DNA of 64,000 bases from contig JBITNC010000002.1 in NCBI GenBank assembly GCA_050084985.1, forward strand, positions 38,812,001 through 38,876,000, written 5' to 3'. This document shows, one piece after another, positions 1 to 9,400 of the stretch; position 1 is the stretch's first letter; the number at the start of each line of letters is the position of its first letter. Source of the stretch: Nageia nagi (lineage: Eukaryota > Plantae > Pinophyta). A program made the position numbers and the translations under genes. Under the pieces are notes generated by a model. That model worked only from the letters and a program-made list of their open reading frames with translations, was not told the origin of the DNA and ran no database searches.

Positions 1-7
1 CTTCAAG

Positions 8-20
8 TGGTATCAAAGCC
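8..20 (+). promoter_or_regulatory. Primer-binding site (tRNA-iMet type)
   Basis: TGGTATCAAAGCC, 2 nt after an LTR-like ...CA end; consensus TGGTATCAGAGC. Confidence 0.85.
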
Positions 21-555
21 TCATTGGAGAAGATCTAGAGAACTCCATTGCCCATCCTCCAAAGATGAGCGTTTGAAGTTTTTTGTGTTGGTTCGTAGTT
101 TCAGCTGTGGTTATGAAGATTTGAATCTGTTATGGGGATTTGAATCTGTTGAAGAGAGGCAGAGGACTACCCTAGAGATATGAATGATGGCCAGAGGGGC
201 CATGAGAGAAGATCATGTAGAGAAAGGGGTGTTGGAGTGCATCTCCTTGCATGGATCATGAGAAGAGCCTATGTGGAGAAAGGGGTGTGTCTTGGACTGC
301 ACCTCCCCACATGGAGCCTGAGGAAGAGAAGAAAGTGCCTCATAGAGGAGGCATCGCACAACTGAAAGATGTTGTAAGGGATGTGAACCATTTATTCATA
401 CCCAAGAGATTATGAATGCTACCGTGGAATGAGCCATTTAATCTACTAGGGCTTTGATCAAGAGAAAGAATGGGGGAGTTTGGAAGGCTTCTGTGATACG
501 AAGAAATATCATTTGAAATAGAGCTTGAGTGTTTGAGAAACAATGGATTGGAAGC

Positions 556-1035
556 AAAGGATTCCAGTATGAGTATGATAGTGCTTGTTCAACTCCTTAT
601 GTAAGCACACCATCCAGCCCCGCAAGGTTTTCTGGTGCGGGTTTTTTCTTTAGCACCCCTACGAGTCTCGTAAGAGCTTACCAGTTTGAGAATAGTAACA
701 TTCTTTCCTGTGATTTATAGACTAGTGGAAAGATGGAGGATGAAGGTGAGAACTTAGTGGTTTCTCCTGGTGGTTCTGATTTTGAGTTCAGTGCTAGATT
801 TACGAAGTTTGAAGGAGGAGCAGTTTCTATCGATGAGCTATTCTAAAATGGGCAGATTCGACCCATGAAGGTGGCTCTACATGGGGAGGCACCATTGTGG
901 TCAGTGCTTGGTGTGGAAGAGAACAAAGTGGCATCACTGGTGGAAGAAGGTTCAAGGGGCCATGATAGAGGGATTTGGAGAGAGAATTCATTGCACCATC
1001 GGTGGACGAGGTCTCTTTCTCCGTTGCATAGCGAG
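556..1035 (+). pseudogene. Captured fragment of a DUF1645-family host gene
   Basis: One frame with stops at 718-720 and 844-846 reads YEYDSACSTPYVSTPSSPARFSGAGFFFSTPTS ... SDFEFSARF ... SIDELF*NGQIRPMKV ... RGHDR ... HRWTRSLSPL. These are the collinear motifs of plant DUF1645 proteins (SACSTPYxSAPSSP, DFEFS, ADELFxNGQIRPMK, RSLSPLR). Confidence 0.85.
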
Positions 1036-1596
1036 CCTCAGTGGGCTACGGAGATGACGGAGCCTGCACATGATGAGGGAGATGCAAAGTTTATCTATCT
1101 TGAATGTAAGGATGTGGTGGCATGGATATCTTCACTGTTGGGAAGTCAAAATCGAATAGAAGCAATGGTTAAATGCGATAAGGTAGTAGCAGACTGAGAA
1201 AGAAGATGTAGAGCGCATTAAGGCACATGGAAATTATGCAAAAAGTGGAGAACGGGTCAGTTGCCATGGAGGGCATGACTACATGTGGAGATAATAGTAG
1301 TCTCACTGTGTAGAGACCCTAGGCATGCTGGAACTGTGGAGGAGACCATTCTCTGATGACTACCTGAATCAACCAGGCCAAATGGTGGACCAAGTGGGGT
1401 CTGGAATAGAACCACCAAGAGCCATGGCATGAACGAGTCTGAGGAGATGGATGGAATGCAATTGGAGAGAGACAGATGTGGATACTAGCACCATGCTCAT
1501 GCCATCATTGAGCCCATTGTTCACCTACCCTGTGTGCATTTCTAAAACTAGCATACATTTTATTTTGGATACTGTTGTTTCCAAAAATAGAAAACT

Positions 1597-3346
1597 CCTC
1601 ACACATTTAATCTTATGTTCACATTCATTCTCAACCATCTCTTTGAATTCTTTAAAAAATTCAAATGCTTCATCTTTATGCTTCAAAAAATAGACCCAAC
1701 ACATTCTACTAAAATCATCAATGAAGGTGAGAAAATAAGAACTCATACCAAGACTTTTATTTTGCATTGGTCCACATAAATTAGTATGAACCAACTGTAG
1801 TGGGAATGAGGCCCTCCATGCTTTCCCATGATCAAATTTCTTGCCTTGTTTGCTTGCCCAACACACAACCTTCACAAACTAATTTTGGATTTTCAACAAG
1901 AGGTAAACCATGAACTAGCTTATGAGATAGTTTCAAACTAATGAAATTTACATGTCCAAATCTAAGATGCCATAACCAAGACTCATCTTTAATAGCCACA
2001 TTTGCAAGAATATTATTCCCCTTTTCTCCAAGTTTCAATGGGAATAAATGATTTGGAGACATTTTAACAGTAGAAACTAACTTATGCCCATGGTTCTTAT
2101 CAAAAATTTCACACTTACCCTCATCAAAGACTAGCTTGTAGTTATTTTCCAACATTTGCCCAATACTCAACAAACTATGAGCCATATCCAGAGTGTGATA
2201 TACAATGTGCATCTTCTTCATCCCATGCTTGGTAGGCACCTCAAGCATGCCTTTACCAGCCACCTCAATTGCAGAATTATTGCCAAGCTTGATACTTGAC
2301 TTGTAGGAATGATCCATGGATGAAAATAGCTCCCCCTTACCGGTCATATGGTTTGAACATCCAGAGTCCAACAACCAAGTCTCCTCTTATTTTGTTTCAT
2401 CCATATTGGCTATCTCCTCCATGGAAAGAAAGAGAGTTTCACCATACTCTTCTTTCTCTCCATAATTTGCCACTTTTCCATCACCATTTGTAGCTTGTTT
2501 TGCTCTACACTCCCTCTCATAATGCCCATACTTGTTGCAGTAGTAACATTGAGCATTCCTCTTATCACCATTGCTTCTACCTCTTCCTCTTGTGTTGGAA
2601 TAGCCTCTTCTTCCTCTACCTCTACCTCTCCCTCTTTGCTGGCCTCTATCTCTGCCTCTACCTTGTCCATTTGAGCTAGAATCACCTTCTTTTGTAGCAA
2701 AGGCTTTCTCCTCTTTACTGGATTGGACTGGTTCATCATCAACCATTTCTTCATGAGACATAAGGCAGCCAATGAGAGAATCTATCTCCATTTGAGAGAG
2801 GTCTTTTGTCTCCATCAATATCACAGCAATGTGATGCCACTTCTTGGTAAGAGATCTCAAAATTTTTTTGATTACAATGGCCTTCTCCAAGGTCTCTCCA
2901 AGAGTTAGCATTTTGTTCACAATCTCTTTCACTCTAACATAATAATCTGAAGCTTTTTCACTCTCCTTCATTTTTAAATTCTCAAATTCTGTCCTTAGAA
3001 TCTACAATTTTACCTCCTTCACTCGATCACTCCCTTGGAATCCTACCTTCAACATAGCCCAAGCCTCTTTGGCTGTCTTGCAGCATGCAATTCTTGGAAA
3101 AATGCTCCTATCAAGAGCTACTTGGAGATGAGACAAGGCAAGAGAGTTCTTGCTCCTACATTCCTTCATAGCTTTCTTATCATCTACTGAAAGAGAGCTC
3201 CAATCTACTGGCTCTACATAGCCATCATCAACAACATCCCATAAATCTTTACCAGTGAGCAAAGTTTGTATCTTGATGCTCTAATATCCATAGTCACTGC
3301 CATCAAACTCTAGAATGGGAATGGATGAGCTTGTGTTGCTGGCCAT
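1597..3346 (-). mobile_element. Inverted Copia gag - zinc knuckle - protease - GAG-pre-integrase - N-terminal integrase (probably Ivana/Oryco-like), lightly degraded
   Basis: ATG at 3346. Motifs: DLWDVVDDGY (gag), RGRG repeats then CYYCNKYGHYEREC, LDSGCSNHMTG (protease), WLWHLRFGH and CEGCVLGKQ, LVHTNLCGP...FIDDFSRMCWVYFLK...IKCVRS, where it breaks. Three stops and one frameshift. Confidence 0.95.
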
Positions 3347-3439
3347 TATACCTGCAAACAAGAAACCAAAACACTACAAGCAACTTTTGCAATTGCTAGA
3401 AGCCACAGGCTTTCTCAAACCCAGCTCAGACCCAACAAA

Positions 3440-3451
3440 GCTCTGATACCA
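3440..3451 (-). promoter_or_regulatory. Second PBS (tRNA-iMet), minus strand, with no adjacent LTR
   Basis: GCTCTGATACCA is the reverse complement of the perfect TGGTATCAGAGC. Confidence 0.9.
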
Positions 3452-3454
3452 AAC

Positions 3455-3880
3455 AGAGCACTGGGCAATGTTTCTCACTTGGTTCAGGAATGATAACATA
3501 GAGTTCTAAGAAGCAATCTATAGTTGCTCTCTCTTCTTGTGAGGCTGAGTATATAGCCCTCACCGTAGCTAGTGCACAAGCCTTATGGTTAAGGAAACTA
3601 CTTGATGAAATTAGTGAGAAACAACATGGACCAACAATTCTTTACTGTGACAACCAAAGTGCCATTCAGTTGGCACATAATCCCATCCACCATAGCAGGT
3701 CAAAGCACTTCCAACTCAAGTACCACTTCATTCGTGACATGGTGGAGAAGGACCAAATTGAGCTTCACTATTGCAACACCAAGATCAACTTGGATGATAT
3801 TTTCACAAAAGGTGTTGTCAAAGCTTAGTATGTGATGCTCAAAGACTCCATGGTGAGTCCTCTTTGCATCAAGGGGGAGA
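3455..3880 (+). mobile_element. Copia RNase H remnant and polypurine tract
   Basis: STGQCFSLGSGMIT*SSKKQSIVALSSCEAEYIAL...QALWLRKLL...ILYCDNQSAIQLAHNP...RSKHF...DIFTK, followed by AAGGGGGAGA. Confidence 0.93.
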
Positions 3881-3951
3881 ATGTAGACAACTCAGCATCA
3901 AATCTGTTTCACTCCACATCACCTGGCTGAGGTGTTTTCCTTCTTTCTTAC

Positions 3952-4073
3952 ATAGTTTAACGGGCTGTAATGATTGGAGGCTATGCAGTTCATGGCTACA
4001 GCAAGAATGTGCTAAAACATTTTAATCTGATGAAGTAGTTGGTAACCGACTTGACAACGTAACATTTATAGTG
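3952..4073 (+). pseudogene. Single degenerate PLS-class PPR motif embedded in the LTR
   Basis: IV*RAVMIGGYAVHGYSKNVLKHFNLMK*...(frameshift)DNVTFIV versus PPR consensus VVSWNAMIxGYAxHGxxxEALxLFxxM...PDxVTFI. Confidence 0.8.
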
Positions 4074-4142
4074 GATGTGAGTTGTAAATACTTTAATTGC
4101 AAACCAACTTAAGTTGAGCATGAGAAAAAGGGACTCTATTCT

Positions 4143-4300
4143 AACTTCAGATGAGCTCCAGAAAAAAACTTCAGACGAGCTCCAGAAACCAACTTCAGTC
4201 TAGCACCAGAAAGCATCTAGCACTAGAAAGCGTCTAGCTCCAGAAAGCATCTAGCACCAGAAAACATCTAGCACCAGAAAGTGTCTAGCACCAGAAAGCA
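4143..4300. repeat. Tandem repeats in the LTR: 2 x 24 bp then 6 x 17 bp (TCTAGCACCAGAAAGCA)
   Basis: The 17-bp units start at 4199, 4216, 4233, 4250, 4267 and 4284 with no spacers. Confidence 0.95.
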
Positions 4301-4559
4301 TCTGTAGTTTGGCTCCAGAAACTGTTTAAAGGTTTCTGAAATGTTGTGAAGCTTAAGGATTGTAATCTTGCTCCATAGTAATGCAATCTGTTATCTGATG
4401 TTCCAATATTGTGTAATGGTCCAAATTACTTCATTTTTAATAAAGTCATTTTAATACTCAATCATGATATTTGTTTCTTTGTTATTAGTCTTAGTATAAT
4501 CATTGTATTATACATATTTAGCTTGTCATTTATGATATCTTTAACTTATTGAACACAAT

Positions 4560-7500
4560 TGAAAATAATGTCATAATTTTATTTGCAATAATTGAAGGAA
4601 ATAATTAATCACATGCATGTAGATTATAAAAAGAGTATAGACATAAATATGAAAAGAAAGATCAAAGATAAAGGTTTTGTCTTTACCCATTTCTTCCTTT
4701 ATATAAGTAGGAGAAGAGCATACTTGGTACATCAATGCATGTGGGATAAATAGCTTTTCCATTACAAGACTATTCATTAATATAAAGTCATAGTGGCCTT
4801 CAATTCCCCCCTTAATGAATGGGAGAAGAATATCCTTATTATCATTTTACTAAGAAGAAAATAGAGCACCTAGAGGGAAATTCCCACTTTATTGAAAATA
4901 TTAAAGATGGCTAGTATTGGCTCTTTATGAATAACCAATCATTGTGATCATATATATGACTATAGTTCTACTAGGTATCCTTATACAATTTGGTCATCCC
5001 CCATGCTCTTTAAATTTTTCATAGGTTCTAATTTTCCAAAATAAGTACAACTTATGTCTTTCCATGCCCATAATAGGTTTTTATGAAGAGGATAGAGAAG
5101 ATACCAACTAATATATTTCATGCCCACAAAAAGAATGCATTAGTATTTTTGTACATATATTTCCTCCATATTTAGGAGGATATTGAAGCCTTGAGACCTA
5201 ACATGTCTCTGAACTATTCAAACTTCACTCTATTGAGAGGATTGGTAAAGATATTAGCAACTTTATCTTGTATAGGATAGTGTGTCATCATAAACCAGTT
5301 CATGGATCCTATGATTCTTGGTATTGATATGCTTTTTTTGATCATGAAACATAAGATTTTAGACATGTGGATGGATGATGTATTCTCCATATGTAATTCA
5401 ATGGGCTCATTTTGAGTGATAGCTAGCATATGTAACAATTTTCAAAGTCATACCACTTATTTATTTATTTCTAAGGTTGCAACATATTTTGCCTTAGCTA
5501 GTGAATATGACATTATTTTCTACCTCTAAGATATCCATGAAATTGGAGATGTTCCTATAAATGTTGCATACCCTAAAGTGGATCTTCTTATATCCCTATC
5601 ACCTAAAAAATTTGAATTTAAATATGCTATTAACTTGAAATTTTTTTTTTTTTAAATAATAGGCTATATTTTGTAGTGGTCTTCAAGTATTTTAATACAC
5701 TTATTGCTACTATCCAATGACTTTTATTTGGATAGGTCATGTATCTTGCTATGATTCTTAGTGTATATGTTATATCAGGTCTAGTATTAGTGGTGTAGAT
5801 GAGACTACCAATAAGCCTTCTAAAGAATATAGCTTCTACATTAGGAGTACCATCTTCCTCTATTAGTGTACTCACTATTTTGGCATCTTGTAGTAAAAAT
5901 TTTTTCAACTAGATCATGAATGTATTTTCATTGAGTTAGAAATATTTTTTCATCTTCCTATAATATCTCTACTCCCAGATAGAATTTTATAAGCCCTAGA
6001 TCAGATTTTTTAAAATTCTTATCCAATTCTTACTTTACCAAGTTGATTATTGATTCACTATTCCCTGTGATGAACATATCATCCATAAATATTAAGATAT
6101 TTATGACCTTATATTTTTCATGCTTGATGAATAATATTGCATCTATATTTTGATATTCACATATCTCAACATCAAGCTACTTCATGCAAATAATAAACTT
6201 AGTATACCATGCATGTGGTGCTTATTTCAACCCATATAAAGACTTTTTGCATCTACACACCATATATTTTTTTCCTTCTATCTCATAACCTTTTGGTTGT
6301 GCCATATATATTTATTCATTTAGATCTCCATTCAAGAAATAAATTTTAACATCCAATTGATGTATCTTCCAACCTTGTTGAGTTGTCAAGGATACAAGTG
6401 TTTTGATTATTTGCCATTTAGTTGTAGGTGTAAAAACTTCAATGTAACCAATTATGTTCTCTTGAGTGAATTCTTTTGTTACCAAGAGTACTTTATGTTT
6501 TTCTAGGGTGTCATTTTTTATGTACTTTTTACGAAACACCCATTTTTTTCTAATTATCTTTCCCCCTAAAGGTAGATTAACCAATTCTAATATACCATTA
6601 TTAATGAGGGATTCATATTCATCATTCATTGCTGATCTTCTCCATACTACATATCTAACAACATCATGATATATGAGAGGTTCATCATCATGTGTAGGGT
6701 GGAAATCTTCTAGCTCTAGCTCTAATAATAGAGATTCATGCACTCTTTCTTTGTAGGTACTTTTTGTTCATATGTTTCTTATTTAAATAGGTCTTAACAT
6801 TTTCAAAGTTTATTCAACTTGTTTATGACCATGGCTAGGAGCTTGATGAAACGTTTCTCCATATTCAAAGTTATCAATGAAATCTTTTGGGAGATTGAGA
6901 TTTAAATGAATAGGATATAGTTGGTTGGATCTAGATATAGGATCATCACTATTAATGTCAATTTGATCAAGTGCTTGATGTCTAGTAGGTGGTTGTACAA
7001 GCACTTCATGTTTGAAAGGTGGTGGTATAAATTCTTCATGTATAATAGGTTAAGGCATAGATGATACAAATCCCAAACTTTACATCATATTTTCTAGGTC
7101 ACTCCCTCTAAATTATGAAATTTGCATTTCTTGAATAATGGCATTGAATGATCTTGGTTTGATAGCCTCTAATCATGACTATAATGTGACTAGCTCCTCT
7201 TTTGTTTTGGAAAAGACTACATCTCTAGACACCATGATAGTTCACTTAGAGGTGATGAATATCTTATAATCCTTTTGATTAATGGGATATCCAACAAAGA
7301 TACCTTTGATGGATTGAGTACGAAGCTTGTTTCTATGCTATGCAAGAATATAGACATAATATGTTTAACCAAAGATTCTAAAGTGACTAACATCAAGGGG
7401 TGTTCCAATCCACCTCTCATGAGGAGATGGGCTATGAGCAATTAGTATTAGTTTGTTTAATATGTAAATAGTTAACCATGTTTCCTTATCCCATAAATAT

Positions 7501-9400
7501 AGTTGCATATTCTTGTAACGTAAGAGTACATAAGTCATGTTCATGAGTGTTTGATTCATGTAGTTGGCAACACCATTCTGTTGAGGGGTTATAGGGATAG
7601 CAAGTTTATATTGAATCCCATATTGATTCAGATAATATGCAAATTCATTGGAAGTATATTCACCCTCATTATCACTTTTGAGTATTTGGATCTTACAACT
7701 TGTCACCATTTTTGTTGTGGCCCTAAACTATTTGAAGACCTAGAAAGGTTAGGATTTGAATTTGAGGAAATGAACCTAAACTTTTTTTATAAAATGATCT
7801 ATAATTATGATTTAGTATTTATTGTGTTTCAAAGATTGAATGGGCATGTGTCCATACTTTAGGAGTTTTGAGTTGATTTTTGATAGTCCCTTTATACATG
7901 ATACCAAACTTCTTAATCTCTCCATACTAATATGACCTATACATGCATGCCAAAGAGAAGGTATGGATAATGTTTGGTTTGAATTGACATGAAGAGCCTT
8001 TGAGAAACTATTAACTACATGTCCATGTAGCTTGAATAATTCATCATCCATTTTTCCATTCATGAATAAAACATGATTTGTTCCATAGTCACTCTATGGA
8101 TTATGGACACTAGAGATGCACATCATATGAGCTCCCAAAAATACTTATTTGATAACATGAAACACAAGATTCTTAAATATGTGGATAATACTCATGTCTA
8201 AGAATATTTTATTTCATTTTATCAAACAAGTATTTTTGGGAGCTCATATGTTGTCTAGCTCTAGTGTCCATAATCCATAGAGTGACTATGGAAGAAATTA
8301 TGTTTTTCATTCCTACTGTAGCTACATAGCCAGCATGGACAATAACATGTATTATAAGATATTCATTTATGGATTCTATTATGGTGAGTTACACATACCC
8401 TAATACTTCATCAAAATCATTTTCATAATATTCTTGTTTTTCTTCATTAACATTATGAGAATTATGCTCTTTAAACTTATTAATTTTGTGGGTGAAAGTT
8501 ATGTATTCATTTGTATAATGTCCTTTTTATTGAAACCGTTGAAAAATTATATCTTGTTTATTTTATTTTCCTTATCTTGGATTTTTTGGCTTTTGAACCT
8601 TTGGATTACTTAAATCTTGTTGTTACTAATGTGAAGATATTAATAGCCTTCCTCTACCTCTACCTTTATAGTGTGAACCTTAGTCTCTACCATAACCTTT
8701 GTTATTATCTTTACCATTGGAGTAATATGCAATTTCTTCAATTATAAATGCATTATCTATAGTACTTTCAAAATGAGTGTCAAAGGTTCTGTATAGCTTT
8801 ATAAGCTTGTATGCTAGAGCTTCAAAGGTAAGTGTCTTTAAAGTACCCTTTGTTGATAAACTAGCTAGGATATTTTTATAGTTAGGGATATGATGATAAG
8901 ATTGTACATAAAATACCCAAGTAATGCATTAATTTTTAAAATATTTATCCATGACTTGCTTGATGGGTCTTACCAAGTTGATTATGTCACAATTAGCTCC
9001 TCCTTTATTCATTTTCATTTGGTTCATTTTCAACATGAGATGAACAAATTTAAGATTTGATTTGGAGTCAAAATGATTCATAAATTCTTGCAAAACCTTC
9101 CATGTAGTATCTTGTGTTGTTTCTTCTATTAAATTATGGAGATGTTATTTAGTGACTAGAAGAATGACAACATGGATTCTATTATCATCGATTTGCCATA
9201 CTACCATTTTTTTATCCTGTATGGGCAATGTAGAAGCTTTTTCAAGGTGATTTCTCCATAAATTTTCAAATTTTGATATTTTTCTCAATCCAATAAACTA
9301 TATGTCTAAATTTTCTGTCCCTTTCAATATACAACCAATATTTTTGTTGAAGTTGCTTATCATTTTTGCTAAAATAATGTGGCTGATTATTGAAGTTGAT
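4560..9400 (-). mobile_element. Old degenerate Ty1/Copia element (gag-PR-INT-RT-RH, PPT, 3' LTR)
   Basis: Minus-strand motifs: WIMDT..QHM (protease), WHACIGH, LKSDNEGEY and TPQQNGVA (integrase), KWVFRKK, IHQLDVK, FMDDMFITG, TRPDI (RT), ANIFTNPL (RNase H). PPT AAGGGGGGAA at 4813-4804, LTR starting TGAAGG at 4802. The LTR far end and the 5' LTR are not resolved. Confidence 0.9.
8064..8312. repeat. ~250-bp fold-back inverted repeat duplicating the Copia protease site
   Basis: 8081-8163 (TTCCATAGTCACTCTATGGATTATGGACACTAGAG...GAGCTCCCAAAAATACTT) is the near-exact reverse complement of ~8212-8293, and weaker pairing continues to a centre near 8187. Confidence 0.92.

Larger units (their letters stand above)
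1..4433 (+). mobile_element. Chimeric non-autonomous Ty1/Copia-derived LTR retrotransposon (5' LTR mostly outside the window)
   Basis: Window opens with LTR end CTTCA (1-5) then PBS TGGTATCAAAGCC (8-20). Copia RNase H remnant at 3455-3880, PPT AAGGGGGAGA at 3871-3880, then TG-start LTR at 3882 ending ...TTACTTCA at 4433, matching the CTTCA at 1-5. No RT domain is present. Confidence 0.75.
3882..4433 (+). repeat. 3' LTR (~552 bp)
   Basis: TG start 1 nt after the PPT; CA end shares the terminal CTTCA with positions 1-5. Only 5 nt of the 5' LTR are available for comparison. Confidence 0.65.

Noticed and set aside
4143-4300. CRISPR-like array
   Set aside because: The units are contiguous with no unique spacers and sit within a plant LTR; this is an ordinary minisatellite.
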